The translations under genes and the position numbers were made by a program. A stretch of 64,000 bases of DNA, from positions 14,225 to 78,224 of the forward strand of contig JANLVJ010000084.1 of the NCBI GenBank assembly GCA_031363945.1. Reading direction: 5' to 3'. The number at the start of each line of letters is the position of its first letter. Position 1 is the first letter of the stretch. Source of the DNA: a bacterium. Lineage in GTDB: Bacteria > Bacteroidota > Bacteroidia > Sphingobacteriales > Sphingobacteriaceae. Of this stretch, positions 20,114 to 31,010 are shown piece by piece. Below the pieces are notes generated by a model. It did no database searches. It had not been told where the DNA came from and worked only from the letters and a program-made list of their open reading frames with translations.

Positions 20114-21178
20114 ATGGTTCAAGCAGGTTGGTTAAGTTTTTACAGGGCATATTCAAACTTGCTGCGTTTTTTATTGTCAGCAGTTCCATTTTCAGTCGGT
20201 GATTTATATTATCTGCTCATAGCGGGGTTTTTTCTAATAGAAATATGGTTAATTATTAAACTTGTATTTTCAAGGCATGAAAAATTAAAGAGCAGAATGA
20301 TCAGTAAAAAGATTTTCAGCATTTTATTTGTACTATTTCTGATCTATTTACAATTTCTGGTATCGTGGGGTCTAAATTATAGGTATAGGTCATATATTTC
20401 TGAAAGTAAACTGCTTGTTCTGCCTCCTAAAACCGAGGCCGTTGATAGTCTGTGTCAGTATTTGGTTAAATCATGTATTCATGATAAACTGGTAATGGCT
20501 AATAACCCAGAAACGGCACAGTGTAATGCACTAGCTATATTTAATCATGCTAAATTCAGGTATCTCTACGCAAGTCAGAATCATGGGTATCTTGCTGATA
20601 CATATCAAAAGAAGCACACGCCGGGATTAAATTTACAATATCCAGCCAGAATATCATTAAAACCATCATTGTATAGTTCGTTGATGAATTATATGGGTGT
20701 ATCAGGATATTTCAATCCTTTTACGGGGGAAGCACAGGTAAATCAGCAAATTCCTTCAGTCGAACTACCTTTTACCAGTTGCCATGAAATAGCTCATGAA
20801 CTCGGATATGGCTTTGAATACGAAGCTAATTTTATAGGCTATCTTGTTTCAACCAGTGATAATGATAAATTCTTTAATTATTCGGGACATTTAGAGGCGC
20901 TGATGTATGCCCTGCCTGAATTGAGAAGCCGAGATTCACTTTCATTTAAAAAAATTATAAAAACGCTTTCACCAGCCATCATAACTGATATCAGAAATGA
21001 TCTGTTTTACTGGCGTAAATATAGGGGGAGCACCGAGAAACTTATTTCTTTTTTCTATACTGGTTATTTAAAAGCGAATAAACAGCCTCAGGGAATGCAG
21101 AGTTATTCAGACCTGGTACCCCTGTTATGTGCATATTATAAGAAGTACGGATATAATTCAGTAACCGGGTTACACTAA
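20114..21178 (+). CDS. DUF3810 domain protein (putative membrane zinc metallopeptidase)
   Basis: 354 aa. N-terminal PFSVGDLYY, TM segments, WGLNYRY, and a HExxH-type motif (CHEIAHELGY). Confidence 0.7.
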   Translation: MVQAGWLSFYRAYSNLLRFLLSAVPFSVGDLYYLLIAGFFLIEIWLIIKLVFSRHEKLKSRMISKKIFSILFVLFLIYLQFLVSWGLNYRYRSYISESKLLVLPPKTEAVDSLCQYLVKSCIHDKLVMANNPETAQCNALAIFNHAKFRYLYASQNHGYLADTYQKKHTPGLNLQYPARISLKPSLYSSLMNYMGVSGYFNPFTGEAQVNQQIPSVELPFTSCHEIAHELGYGFEYEANFIGYLVSTSDNDKFFNYSGHLEALMYALPELRSRDSLSFKKIIKTLSPAIITDIRNDLFYWRKYRGSTEKLISFFYTGYLKANKQPQGMQSYSDLVPLLCAYYKKYGYNSVTGLH

Positions 21179-21240
21179 GATTCGTCAGTTTAATTAGTGA
21201 CTCACTGGTCGTTACTATTCTAAATAAACTTGTCAAAAAA

Positions 21241-21882
21241 TTAATTAATGTTTAATTTTTTGAATGATTTAACACTTGTTTTTACCCTGACAATAGATTT
21301 TTTAGCCGTTTCTACCGTGCTTTTTAAATCTGGAGCCAGGGTTTTTGAATTTAAAAGTTTACTAATAGATCCTTTTCCATTTGTAAACTGCTCAGTAATT
21401 TGTTTAAATCCAACACTTAAAGAACCAAATTGAGCTCCCATCCTGATAGCCTTCTTCATTACATTGCCATAATCAGGTGGAAGAATGGCATGTATACTAT
21501 CACCAGGCGAGATCGTTTCACGAACTGAAGCGCCTTGACTCAGGCTTATCAGGTTATTACCCATCAATCCCTCAGATCCTAGTCTGGCAACAGCATCTTT
21601 ATGAATAAACCGGCGGTAGGCAGTATCAATACTTAAGTTAACCCGAACTTTATGAGGTCCCCTAATCTCTACTGTTTCAACCCGTCCAATATTTACCCCA
21701 TTAAACCAAACCTTATAACCCGACTGCAAGCCTGAAACGCTTTGAAAAACTGTGTATGCACTAAAAAAAGCTTCATTTTTTGACCGGAGTTTGATAATCA
21801 GACCCATCGCAATAAATCCTGTGATTAAAATAGCCGTAAAAATCAGCCCTGTTATAAAATTTTTTTGTGATTGCGATTTCAT
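21241..21882 (-). CDS. MlaD/MCE family protein
   Basis: 213 aa. N-terminal TM anchor followed by an MCE domain (SGLQSGYKVWFNGVNIGRVETVEI). Confidence 0.75.
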   Translation of the reverse strand: MKSQSQKNFITGLIFTAILITGFIAMGLIIKLRSKNEAFFSAYTVFQSVSGLQSGYKVWFNGVNIGRVETVEIRGPHKVRVNLSIDTAYRRFIHKDAVARLGSEGLMGNNLISLSQGASVRETISPGDSIHAILPPDYGNVMKKAIRMGAQFGSLSVGFKQITEQFTNGKGSISKLLNSKTLAPDLKSTVETAKKSIVRVKTSVKSFKKLNIN

Positions 21883-22093
21883 AAATAATGTGAGATGAAA
21901 AGTAGTATCAAATTACAGGCCAGAGAATAGGTTAAACAGCGAGCTAAACTTAGGTAACACTCAGGATATAATTTATAACAGGGTTCAACTTAATACCTGA
22001 AATTATCAGGTGCTCGTTATTTACAGCTACAGCCTTAATTAATATGACATATATAGTCTGTATTCTTGAATGGTGGTTTTATATCTTTGTAAC

Positions 22094-23515
22094 ATGCAGC
22101 ACGAATTTATTTCGGTATTTAATATGTTTAAAATAGGCATTGGTCCTTCTAGTTCTCATACACTTGGACCATGGCGTGCAGCTGAAAGCTTTATAAAAAA
22201 ACTTGCTGAAAATAACCAAGGTTGTAAATCAGTACAGGTTCATTTATTTGGTTCCCTGGCAAAAACCGGGAAAGGGCATGGTACTGATATTGCAGTTTTA
22301 CTTGGTCTTAGTGGTGAAGATCCAGTTACTTTCAAAGTCGATGAATTACAAAGCCGTATTGCCAGCATTATTAGATCTGGCCTACTCTTGCTGGGAGGTA
22401 TCAAGTCTATTGATTTTAATATTGATAAAGACCTGATATATCATAAGGCAGAAAGTTTGCCATTTCATCCGAATGCGATTAGATTCAATGCTATCCTGGA
22501 GACTGGCAAATTCATCTCAGAAACATATTATAGTATAGGAGGAGGTTTTGTCATCACTGAACATGAAGAAAAAGCTGTACATGCAGGGTCTGAACCAATC
22601 TTCCAAATTGAAACATCGGCAGAACTACTGCATGCATGCCGTAAAACAGGGATGAAAATATCTGAAGTGGTTTTAGAGAATGAAAACTGCATAAGACCCG
22701 AATATGAAACCCGTGATAAACTTAAAGCCATTTGGCAGGTGATGAAAGAATGTATGTATCGTGGAGCTCATACCCCTGGTACATTACCAGGTGGCTTAAA
22801 GGTAAACCGCAGGGCCCCGGCTTTAAACAAAAGATTGCTTGGCGATAATACTTATACTGATTATGAATCATGGATTATTGCCATTAAAGAAAGTGCAACA
22901 AGTTTCAGCGCTGTACTTGATTGGGTGAGTTGTTTCGCACTTGCCGTTAATGAAGAAAATGCTTCATTCGGAAGGGTAGTAACTGCCCCAACTAATGGAG
23001 CAGCAGGAGTAATTCCTGCAGTACTACAATACTTTCTACTATTTACCAACGTACAGGACGAAAACAAGGCAATAGATTTTTTACTAACTGCTTCTGAAAT
23101 TGGCAGTCTGTTCAAAAAAGGTTCAACTATATCTGCAGCAATGGGAGGCTGTCAGGCTGAAATAGGTGTTTCTTCTGCTATGGCAGCTGCAGCCCTAACA
23201 GAATGCCAGGGAGGAACCCAGCGTCAGGTTTTGATGGCAGCTGAAATAGCAATGGAACACCATCTTGGTATGACCTGCGATCCGATAGGCGGGTTAGTTC
23301 AGATTCCATGTATAGAAAGAAATACCATGGGGGCTATCAAAGCTATTACCGCTTCTCAACTGGCGATGCAAAGCAATCCTGATCAGGCGAAAGTTTCACT
23401 AGATGCCGTTGTAAAAGTTATGTGGGAAACTGCACAAGACATGAATACCAAGTATAAAGAAACAGCTGATGGAGGGCTTGCAATTAATATTCCTATCAGT
23501 TTAAGTGAATGCTAG
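22094..23515 (+). CDS. sdaA: L-serine ammonia-lyase (iron-sulfur dependent, single chain)
   Basis: Start moved to ATG 22094 ([26 protein letters not shown], the canonical N-terminus). The remainder is full length ([34 protein letters not shown]). Confidence 0.9.
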   Translation: MQHEFISVFNMFKIGIGPSSSHTLGPWRAAESFIKKLAENNQGCKSVQVHLFGSLAKTGKGHGTDIAVLLGLSGEDPVTFKVDELQSRIASIIRSGLLLLGGIKSIDFNIDKDLIYHKAESLPFHPNAIRFNAILETGKFISETYYSIGGGFVITEHEEKAVHAGSEPIFQIETSAELLHACRKTGMKISEVVLENENCIRPEYETRDKLKAIWQVMKECMYRGAHTPGTLPGGLKVNRRAPALNKRLLGDNTYTDYESWIIAIKESATSFSAVLDWVSCFALAVNEENASFGRVVTAPTNGAAGVIPAVLQYFLLFTNVQDENKAIDFLLTASEIGSLFKKGSTISAAMGGCQAEIGVSSAMAAAALTECQGGTQRQVLMAAEIAMEHHLGMTCDPIGGLVQIPCIERNTMGAIKAITASQLAMQSNPDQAKVSLDAVVKVMWETAQDMNTKYKETADGGLAINIPISLSEC

Positions 23516-23603
23516 AACGAATTAAATAAAATAATTAATAAAAATTGCCCGGTAACTAAATTATTTGTATTATTGCTAAATAATTTATTAAACAATAAAA
23601 ATA

Positions 23604-23795
23604 ATGCAATCAGGTACAGTAAAATTTTTCAATGAATCCAAAGGATTCGGGTTCATTAAAGCAGATGGTACAGATCAGGACATTTTCGTACATGTTTCGG
23701 GCTTAATTGACGAAATTCGCGACAACGATCAGGTAACTTTTGAAGTAGAACAAGGTAAAAAAGGCCTTAACGCCGTTAAGGTTCGGTTAGCTTAA
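23604..23795 (+). CDS. Cold-shock protein (CspA family)
   Basis: 63 aa. GTVKFFNESKGFGFI and DIFVHVSG RNP motifs. Confidence 0.9.
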   Translation: MQSGTVKFFNESKGFGFIKADGTDQDIFVHVSGLIDEIRDNDQVTFEVEQGKKGLNAVKVRLA

Positions 23796-23825
23796 TATTA
23801 ATTATTGAACTTAATGACCTTTTCA

Positions 23826-23849
23826 AGCCCCTATGCAGGGGCTTTTTTT
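23826..23849 (+). terminator. Rho-independent terminator of csp
   Basis: AGCCCCT-atgc-AGGGGCT stem-loop followed by a T6 run. Confidence 0.8.
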
Positions 23850-23859
23850 ATGTAATAGT

Positions 23860-25197
23860 ATGTCGAATTTACTGATCATTGATGATGAAGATAAACTTCG
23901 TTCGCTTCTTAAAAGAATTCTTGAACTAGAAGATTATCAGGTTTATACAGTAGGTAATGCACAGGCAGCACTAACCTTACTGCAAAAAGAATCAATTGAT
24001 GTAGTGTTGAGTGACGTAAAGTTACCAGATATGAATGGGCTTGATTTACTTGAACAAATCAAATCTCTTTACCCGTCTATTGAAGTAGTCATGCTTACAG
24101 CTTATGGCACAATCGATGATGGTGTCATGGCAATAAAAAAAGGCGCTTTCGACTATATCACTAAGGGTGATGATAATGACCGAATAATTCCCCTGATTAA
24201 AAAAGCAACAGAAAAGTCACTTTTACAACAGCAGGTTTTAAAACTTGAAAACAGAATTTATCATAAATTCAGTTTTGACAGTATTTTAGGAAATTCATTA
24301 TTGCTGAAAACTGCAATTTCACTGGCAAAAAAAGTTGCTGTAACCTCAACAACAGTAATGTTACTGGGTGAAACCGGCACCGGAAAAGAAGTTTTTGCCC
24401 AAGCGATACATGCCGCATCAAACCGGAAAAATAAAAACTTTGTTGCCATTAATTGTAGTGGATTTTCACGGGAAATTATGGATAGTGAACTTTTCGGTTA
24501 CCGTGCAGGCGCTTTCACTGGAGCCACCAAAAATACAAAAGGACTGTTTGAAGAAGCCGATCAGGGAACTATGTTCCTTGATGAAATTGGTGAATTGCCA
24601 CTAGAAGTACAGGCTAAATTATTAAGGGTGTTAGAAAGTGGAACATTTTTAAAGGTTGGAGATACTCAGGAAAAAAAGGTTAATGTTCGCCTGATCACTG
24701 CTACCAACAGAGACCTAAAAAAAGAGGTCAAAGAAGGCCGGTTTCGAGAAGATCTTTATTTTCGAATCTGCACATTTAGCATTGAGTTACCCTCACTTCG
24801 TGAAAGAAAAGAAGATATCGTTTTGCTGGCTAATTTTTTTGCTTTCGAGTATGGTAAAAAACTGGGCATACCTATAAAACAACTTGCTCAGGATTTTCTA
24901 GACCGGATAATCGAACATGCCTGGAAAGGTAATATTCGTGAACTCAAAAATATAATGGAACGATCGGTCATACTTTCAGAAGAAGGCATTATCACCGCTA
25001 AGTTTTTACCCGAAGATATTCGTAATTCTTACCTCCCGCTAGCAATTGCTCAAATTGATTTGGCCAGCATAGAGGCTTTACATATATCAGATATTTTACG
25101 ATTAACAAATGGCAATAAGGCAGAGGCGGCCCGAATTCTTAAAATTGGGATAAGCACCCTTTACCGGAAAATCGAGGAATTCGGAATCATTTCCTGA
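23860..25197 (+). CDS. Sigma-54-dependent response regulator (REC + AAA+ EBP + Fis-type HTH, NtrC family)
   Basis: Start moved to ATG 23860 (MSNLLIIDDE) because the tracked start lies inside the csp terminator. REC domain Asp (VVLSDVKLPDMNG), Walker A GETGTGKE, sigma-54 contact loop GAFTGA, C-terminal HTH. Confidence 0.9.
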   Translation: MSNLLIIDDEDKLRSLLKRILELEDYQVYTVGNAQAALTLLQKESIDVVLSDVKLPDMNGLDLLEQIKSLYPSIEVVMLTAYGTIDDGVMAIKKGAFDYITKGDDNDRIIPLIKKATEKSLLQQQVLKLENRIYHKFSFDSILGNSLLLKTAISLAKKVAVTSTTVMLLGETGTGKEVFAQAIHAASNRKNKNFVAINCSGFSREIMDSELFGYRAGAFTGATKNTKGLFEEADQGTMFLDEIGELPLEVQAKLLRVLESGTFLKVGDTQEKKVNVRLITATNRDLKKEVKEGRFREDLYFRICTFSIELPSLRERKEDIVLLANFFAFEYGKKLGIPIKQLAQDFLDRIIEHAWKGNIRELKNIMERSVILSEEGIITAKFLPEDIRNSYLPLAIAQIDLASIEALHISDILRLTNGNKAEAARILKIGISTLYRKIEEFGIIS

Positions 25198-25229
25198 TAA
25201 TAAGTTGAAATTATAAATTCCTTATACTT

Positions 25230-25256
25230 TCAATTTGAGCAGGCTGTTCAAATTGA
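25230..25256. promoter_or_regulatory. Perfect 9-bp inverted repeat TCAATTTGA-N9-TCAAATTGA (candidate enhancer/UAS, or a weak terminator)
   Basis: Read directly. It lies about 90 bp upstream of the candidate -24/-12 element, and no T-run follows it. Confidence 0.3.
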
Positions 25257-25333
25257 ACTGCTTTCCTGCATTAAAATAAATTCCAAAGAATCATATCTGC
25301 TGATTACCAATATTTTAGCCATTAGGCTTTATT

Positions 25334-25349
25334 TGGCAATGTTTTGGCA
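25334..25349 (+). promoter_or_regulatory. Candidate sigma-54 (-24/-12) promoter for the kdp operon
   Basis: TGGCAATGTTTTGGCA has GG and GC at the consensus spacing of TGGCAC-N5-TTGCA, with one mismatch in the -12 box. A second overlapping TGGCAT-N..-ATGC has spacing off by one. An EBP gene lies directly upstream. Confidence 0.4.
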
Positions 25350-25394
25350 TAACTATATGCCAAAAAAGCTTTAAGAGCTTAAATCTTTTTAAAC

Positions 25395-25478
25395 ATGATG
25401 ACTTTACTATTATTTATAGCCGGGCTTGTAGCCTTTTGGCTGATTTTCAAATTCATTGACTTTTTCGAAAAAATCTAG
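25395..25478 (+). CDS. 27-codon hydrophobic micro-ORF immediately upstream of kdpF
   Basis: MMTLLLFIAGLVAFWLIFKFIDFFEKI*. A single TM-like helix whose stop lies 2 nt before the kdpF ATG. It is too short to appear in the ORF track. Confidence 0.35.
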   Translation: MMTLLLFIAGLVAFWLIFKFIDFFEKI

Positions 25479-25480
25479 CT

Positions 25481-25558
25481 ATGATCTATTTATTTTTTAT
25501 CTCGGTAGCCGTATTTGTTTACCTGATTTATGTAATTCTAAAACCCGAAAAATTTTAA
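25481..25558 (+). CDS. kdpF: K+-transporting ATPase subunit F
   Basis: MIYLFFISVAVFVYLIYVILKPEKF*. Matches the KdpF C-terminal pattern YL.Y.LL.PE.F and ends 9 nt before kdpA. Confidence 0.75.
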   Translation: MIYLFFISVAVFVYLIYVILKPEKF

Positions 25559-25567
25559 CTCATACTT

Positions 25568-27265
25568 ATGGAAATTTTAGGAATAGTATTAATTTTTGCG
25601 TTGGCCGTATTTCTAGCCATCCCTATGGGGCGATACATATCCAGCGTTTATGCAGGTGAAAAAACAATTCTCGATTTCATTAGCCCGGTCGAACAAAAAA
25701 TTTATAAAATTTGCGGAATTGACCCGAACAGAACATTTAACTGGAAGCAAAATTTAGTTGCCCTGCTGACTATCAACCTGGTTTGGTTTATTCCAGGTTT
25801 TTTTATACTGCTTTTTCAGGGAAAATTACCTTTCAATCCGGATGGTAACCCATCGATGAGCCCTGACCTTGCATTCAATTCGATAATAAGTTTTGTATGT
25901 AACACAAATCTTCAAGACTACTCAGGTGAAACCGGAGCAACATACCTCACCCAGGTTGGCGTTTTTATGTTTCTTCAGTTTGTTTCAGCAGCAGTCGGAA
26001 TGACGGCTTTGGTGCTTGTTTTTAATAGCTTGAAAACAAAAACAACTGATAAACTGGGAAATTTCTTTGTAATCTTTACACGAACGATTACCAGAATCCT
26101 CTTACCTGTTTCAATAGTTCTGTCTGTGGTATTTGTATTCAGGGGAATGCCATCAAGTTTTGATGGAAAAGACCAGTTTATCGGGCTTCAGGGAGATACT
26201 ATTAATGTATCACGAGGCCCAGTAGCACAAATGGTTTCAATCAAACAGTTGGGAACAAACGGAGGTGGTTATTATGGGGCAAATTCAGCCCACCCTCTTG
26301 AAAACCCTGATTATTTTACAAATATTATTGAAAACTGGGCATTAATGATCCTGCCCATCAGCGCTGTATTTGCGCTTGGCTTTTATCTGAAAAAGAAAAA
26401 ACTATCTTATATCATCTTTGGGGTGATGACACTTGGTTTCTTATGCCTTCTGATACCCTCTGTTCAGCAGGAACTTGCCGGCAATCCTTCACTTTCAAAG
26501 TTGGGAATCAGCCAGACCCACGGCAGTATGGAAGGAAAGGAAGTGCGTATCGGCACTGCAGCTTCGGCTTTTTTTGGTATAAGTACGACAGTTGTATCAT
26601 GCGGTGCTGTTAACGCCATGCATGATAGTATGACCCCCATTTCTGGTATGAACCAGATGCTGGGTATGATGGTAAACTGTTTTTATGGTGGTAAGGGAGT
26701 CGGACTACTCAATTATTATATTTTTCTGATAATTGCTGTTTTTCTATCAGGGCTCATGGTTGGCAGAACGCCTGAGTTTATGGGCAAAAAGATTGAAGCA
26801 AAAGAAATGAAAATAGCTTCATTGATTGCCCTTCTACACCCATTTCTTATATTATCAGGTACAGCCTTTGCCACACACCTGCTGGTTGCCTCACCTAAAG
26901 ATTATTCAGGATGGTTAAGTAACCCAGGATTTCACGGGTTTTCTGAAATGCTTTACCAGTTTACCTCATCTTCGGCCAATAATGGTTCAGCTTTTGGTGG
27001 TTTGAATGGTAATTCTCCTTTCTGGAATATTTCTACCGGATTTGTCATTCTTTTTGCCCGTTTTCTGCCAATTATCGGGCCGGTAGCCATTGCAGGGATT
27101 CTGGCTCAGAAAAAGTTTATTCCTGAATCAACCGGTACCCTTAAAACAGATACTGTCACTTTCGGTGCAATGACATTTGCTGTTATTGTTATCCTTGCAG
27201 CCCTTGCATTTTTTCCTGCATTGGCTCTTGGTCCTATTTCTGAATATTTTACGCTAGCTAAATAA
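25568..27265 (+). CDS. kdpA: Potassium-transporting ATPase subunit A
   Basis: 565 aa polytopic protein. KdpA selectivity-filter-like segments ([26 protein letters not shown]). Confidence 0.95.
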   Translation: MEILGIVLIFALAVFLAIPMGRYISSVYAGEKTILDFISPVEQKIYKICGIDPNRTFNWKQNLVALLTINLVWFIPGFFILLFQGKLPFNPDGNPSMSPDLAFNSIISFVCNTNLQDYSGETGATYLTQVGVFMFLQFVSAAVGMTALVLVFNSLKTKTTDKLGNFFVIFTRTITRILLPVSIVLSVVFVFRGMPSSFDGKDQFIGLQGDTINVSRGPVAQMVSIKQLGTNGGGYYGANSAHPLENPDYFTNIIENWALMILPISAVFALGFYLKKKKLSYIIFGVMTLGFLCLLIPSVQQELAGNPSLSKLGISQTHGSMEGKEVRIGTAASAFFGISTTVVSCGAVNAMHDSMTPISGMNQMLGMMVNCFYGGKGVGLLNYYIFLIIAVFLSGLMVGRTPEFMGKKIEAKEMKIASLIALLHPFLILSGTAFATHLLVASPKDYSGWLSNPGFHGFSEMLYQFTSSSANNGSAFGGLNGNSPFWNISTGFVILFARFLPIIGPVAIAGILAQKKFIPESTGTLKTDTVTFGAMTFAVIVILAALAFFPALALGPISEYFTLAK

Positions 27266-27273
27266 GCATTTAT

Positions 27274-29304
27274 ATGAAAGCAAATGCAGGTTTTGACGGG
27301 TCGATTGTTTCAAATGCTTTGAAACAAAGCTTCATCAAATTGAACCCGAAATTCATGGTTAAAAACCCGGTTATGTTCACGGTAGAAATCGGAACGGCAA
27401 TCATGTTTTTCCTTGTTCTTGAAATTATTTATACACATGATAAAACTCAGGGCAGCCTAGGTTATAATATTGCCATTTTTATTGTTCTTTTCCTGACCCT
27501 TATTTTCGCAAATTTTGCTGAAGCCCTGGCTGAAGCCAGGGGTAAAGCCCAAGCCGATAGTTTACGTAAAACACGTGAAGATACTATGGCCAAAAAAATG
27601 GATGACCAGGGAAATATCACCATGGTTAGTTCTGCCAATTTAAAGAAAGGCGATATTTATCTTGCAGAAGAAGGAGATATGATTCCCTTAGATGGTGAGA
27701 TCATTGAAGGACTTGCAACCATCGATGAATCAGCTATTACGGGTGAATCAGCTCCGGTGATCAGAGAGGCCGGTGGTGATAAATCGAGTGTTACAGGTGG
27801 TACGAAAGTTTTATCTGACCGTATTGTAGTCAAGGTAAATACCCTTCCTGGTGAAAGCTTTCTAGATAAAATGATTGCCCTGGTAGAAGGTGCATCAAGA
27901 CAGAAAACCCCGAATGAAATTGCTTTGACAATTTTACTCGCTGGCTTCACCCTCATATTTGTCTTTGTATGTGTCTGTCTGAAACCGTTTGCTGATTATG
28001 CAGGTGCACCGGTTACTATTTCTGCTTTTATCTCGCTATTCGTATGTCTGATACCAACTACAATCGGAGGATTATTATCAGCTATAGGCATAGCAGGTAT
28101 GGACAGGGCATTAAGGGCCAATGTAGTAACCAAATCAGGAAAGGCAGTTGAGACAGCGGGTGACCTTGATGTACTGTTACTTGATAAAACAGGAACGATT
28201 ACCATTGGTAATCGGAAAGCAACTAATTTTTATCCGGCCGATGGTATTAACCAGGATGATTTTGTTGATTGTTGTGTTTTAAGTTCTCTGGCTGACGAAA
28301 CCCCCGAGGGTAAGTCAATCATCGAACTTGCTATTACTGCATATAATAAAATACCACCGGTACTACCTGCAAGTGCAGTTTTCATCAAGTTTACTGCAGA
28401 AACCAGGGCTTCAGGCATTGACCTAGAAAACGGGATAAGAATTAGAAAAGGTGCTTTTGACTCTATCAAAAAGAGTTCAGAGAAATCAGGCTATACTTAT
28501 CCACCAGAAACTGAAACAGCTGTTAAAAATATCGCTTCAAATGGTGGCACCCCACTGGTAGTTTCTAAAAATGAGGTTATTCTTGGTGTGATTGAACTAC
28601 AGGATATAATCAAGCCAGGTATTTCTGAACGCTTTGAACGACTGAGAAAAATGGGGGTAAAAACAGTAATGGTTACTGGCGACAATCCACTTACAGCAAA
28701 ATACATAGCCCAGAAAGCAGGTGTAGATGATTTTATTGCTGAAGCAAAGCCAGAAGATAAAATGAACTATATCAAGGCTGAGCAGGCCCAGGGAAAATTA
28801 GTAGCAATGATGGGTGATGGTACCAATGATGCCCCGGCCCTGGCCCAGGCTGATGTTGGAGTTGCCATGAATTCAGGAACTCAGGCTGCAAAGGAGGCTG
28901 GAAATATGGTCGACCTTGATAATGATCCAACCAAACTGATTGAAATTGTAGAGATTGGAAAGCAGTTACTGATGACCAGGGGAACCCTTACAACCTTTTC
29001 AATTGCCAATGATGTGGCCAAATACTTCGCAATTGTGCCTGCACTATTCATTACGTCTATTCCTGCTTTACAGGCAATGAACATCATGAAACTCGTAAGC
29101 CCGCAGAGCGCAATTTTATCAGCAGTTATCTTTAATGCCATTATTATTCCTCTACTAATTCCACTTGCCTTAAAAGGAGTTTCGTACAAACCTATAGGTG
29201 CTTCTGCCCTACTGCGCAGAAACCTGCTTATTTATGGTCTTGGAGGTGTAATTGTACCTTTCGTAGGAATTAAAATTATTGATTTACTCATTAACTTGTT
29301 TTAA
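27274..29304 (+). CDS. kdpB: Potassium-transporting ATPase subunit B (P-type ATPase)
   Basis: 676 aa. DKTGTIT phosphorylation motif, [22 protein letters not shown]. Confidence 0.95.
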   Translation: MKANAGFDGSIVSNALKQSFIKLNPKFMVKNPVMFTVEIGTAIMFFLVLEIIYTHDKTQGSLGYNIAIFIVLFLTLIFANFAEALAEARGKAQADSLRKTREDTMAKKMDDQGNITMVSSANLKKGDIYLAEEGDMIPLDGEIIEGLATIDESAITGESAPVIREAGGDKSSVTGGTKVLSDRIVVKVNTLPGESFLDKMIALVEGASRQKTPNEIALTILLAGFTLIFVFVCVCLKPFADYAGAPVTISAFISLFVCLIPTTIGGLLSAIGIAGMDRALRANVVTKSGKAVETAGDLDVLLLDKTGTITIGNRKATNFYPADGINQDDFVDCCVLSSLADETPEGKSIIELAITAYNKIPPVLPASAVFIKFTAETRASGIDLENGIRIRKGAFDSIKKSSEKSGYTYPPETETAVKNIASNGGTPLVVSKNEVILGVIELQDIIKPGISERFERLRKMGVKTVMVTGDNPLTAKYIAQKAGVDDFIAEAKPEDKMNYIKAEQAQGKLVAMMGDGTNDAPALAQADVGVAMNSGTQAAKEAGNMVDLDNDPTKLIEIVEIGKQLLMTRGTLTTFSIANDVAKYFAIVPALFITSIPALQAMNIMKLVSPQSAILSAVIFNAIIIPLLIPLALKGVSYKPIGASALLRRNLLIYGLGGVIVPFVGIKIIDLLINLF

Positions 29305-29305
29305 T

Positions 29306-29869
29306 ATGAAAACCTTTGTGTTACCAGCCCTTAAATTAACACTGGTATTTATCGTCATACTGGCTATTGCATATCCATTTTTAATTGCTGGTATAGGTAA
29401 ACTTGCCCCTGGCCAGGGAAAAGGGCTGAGAATTATTAAAAATGGAAAGACAATCGGATATGAAAATGTCGGTCAGAAGTTTACCCATGACAATTATTTT
29501 AACGACAGACCGTCTGCCGCGTCTTTTAATGCTGCAGGATCTGCAGGTTCAAATAAAGGACCTTCAAATCCTGATTACCTGAAAGATGTACAGGCGAAAA
29601 TAGATACTTTTTTAAAGCATAATCCGGGAATCAAAAAATCACAAATCCCCTCAGAACTAGTCACCTATTCTGGTAGCGGTCTTGATCCTGATTTATCTCC
29701 TGATGCGGCAATGATACAGGTAACCAGGGTTGCTAATGTCAGGGGTCTGAAAGAAACAACTATCAGGCAATTAGTAACAACACATATCGAACCTCCTTTT
29801 TTAGGCTTGTTTGGTCCAGCCAAAGTGAACGTACTCAAATTAAATCTGGCTCTTGACCAGCTTAAATAA
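29306..29869 (+). CDS. kdpC: Potassium-transporting ATPase subunit C
   Basis: Start moved to ATG 29306 (MKTFVLPALKL), 2 nt after the kdpB stop. KdpC motifs GSNKGPSNP and SGSGLDPDLSP. Confidence 0.9.
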   Translation: MKTFVLPALKLTLVFIVILAIAYPFLIAGIGKLAPGQGKGLRIIKNGKTIGYENVGQKFTHDNYFNDRPSAASFNAAGSAGSNKGPSNPDYLKDVQAKIDTFLKHNPGIKKSQIPSELVTYSGSGLDPDLSPDAAMIQVTRVANVRGLKETTIRQLVTTHIEPPFLGLFGPAKVNVLKLNLALDQLK

Positions 29870-29876
29870 TCAGGGT

Positions 29877-31001
29877 ATGAATCCGGAGGAGCAACAAGTC
29901 GAGAGCTTTTTAAAACTGGTAAAACAGTCGCGACGCGGTAAATTTAAAATCTATATCGGTATGAGTGCTGGTGTGGGTAAAACTTACCGGATGTTACAGG
30001 AAGCACATACACTGAAACGAAACGGAATCAATGTTCAGATTGGCTATATAGAAACCCATGGGCGAAAAGAAACAGAAGAACTTGTCGCAGGTATTGTTAT
30101 GATTGAAAGGCGTACCCTTTTCTATAAAGGCCGTGAGCTAGAGGAAATGGACCTCCAGGCCATCTTAAATGTTGGACCTGAAGTTGTGCTGGTGGATGAA
30201 CTTGCACATACCAATATCAGCGGAAGTAAAAATGAAAAACGGTGGCAGGATGTTATTGAAATTCTAAATGCTGGTATTTCAGTTATAAGTGCAATAAATA
30301 TTCAACATATAGAGAGCCTAAATCAGGAAGTTGAACGAATAACAGGCATTGCAATAACTGAAAGAATACCAGATAAAGTATTGCAACTGGCAGATGAAGT
30401 TGTCAATATCGATCTCACTGTTGATGAATTACTTGACAGGCTAAAAGAAGGAAAAATATATAAAGCTGAAAAAATCAAACTGGCATTGACCAATTTCTTT
30501 CAGTTCGAAAGAATCATACAGCTACGTGAACTTGCTTTAAGGGAAGTTGCCCACCAGCTAGAAAGAAAGATCAATACAGAAGTTCCAAAGACTATCAAAC
30601 TTAGATCTGAACGCTTTTTGGCATGTGTGAGTACAAATGAAGATTCTGCCAAAAATATCATTCGTAAAACAGCAAGGCTTGCCTCTTATTACAATAGTTC
30701 TTTTACTGTCTTATATGTGCAAAGAGAAGCCGAAAGCGCCGATAATATCAAGTTGAGCAAACAGCGTTTTTTAATAAATAACTTCAAACTTGCCAAAGAA
30801 CTTGGTGCAGAAGTGATCAGGGTGAAGAGTAATAATATTGGTGAGGCAATTTTTAAAATTGCTCAGGAACGAGAGATCACTACTATTTGTCTTGGCAAAC
30901 CTCATTTCTCCCTTATACAAATGATATTGAACACATCAGTCTTCGATCAATTGCTAAAACGTATTGGTGAGAATGAGCTTGATCTGGTAATACTTTCCTA
31001 A
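29877..31001 (+). CDS. KdpD N-terminal sensor domain + USP domain protein (no kinase domain)
   Basis: Start at ATG 29877. KdpD P-loop-like GKFKIYIGMSAGVGKTYRML, LVDELAHTN, INIQHIESL, then a USP-like C-terminal half. The protein ends before any TM or HisKA region. Confidence 0.85.
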   Translation: MNPEEQQVESFLKLVKQSRRGKFKIYIGMSAGVGKTYRMLQEAHTLKRNGINVQIGYIETHGRKETEELVAGIVMIERRTLFYKGRELEEMDLQAILNVGPEVVLVDELAHTNISGSKNEKRWQDVIEILNAGISVISAINIQHIESLNQEVERITGIAITERIPDKVLQLADEVVNIDLTVDELLDRLKEGKIYKAEKIKLALTNFFQFERIIQLRELALREVAHQLERKINTEVPKTIKLRSERFLACVSTNEDSAKNIIRKTARLASYYNSSFTVLYVQREAESADNIKLSKQRFLINNFKLAKELGAEVIRVKSNNIGEAIFKIAQEREITTICLGKPHFSLIQMILNTSVFDQLLKRIGENELDLVILS

Positions 31002-31010
31002 ACGTAGACC

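Noticed and set aside
23833-23859. Tracked start of the response-regulator ORF at 23833
   Set aside because: These codons lie inside the csp terminator hairpin and T-run. The REC domain begins at the ATG at 23860 (MSNLLIIDDE).
25198-25567. c-di-AMP (ydaO/kimA-type) riboswitch upstream of kdp
   Set aside because: The leader is short and I could not find the paired pseudo-symmetric ACGR/CCC-type conserved cores. The adjacent sigma-54 EBP and the -24/-12-like element offer a different control mechanism. Only a covariance-model scan can exclude it formally.
27657-29189. Series of 69-102-aa antisense ORFs inside kdpB (and similar ones inside sdaA, GH20, sufB, sufD, the ligase-associated exonuclease and the MscS-type channel gene)
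   Set aside because: They lie wholly within strongly conserved genes on the opposite strand or in alternative frames. Their composition is low-complexity (Ser/Pro/Ile-rich) and they have no recognisable motifs. These are typical shadow ORFs.
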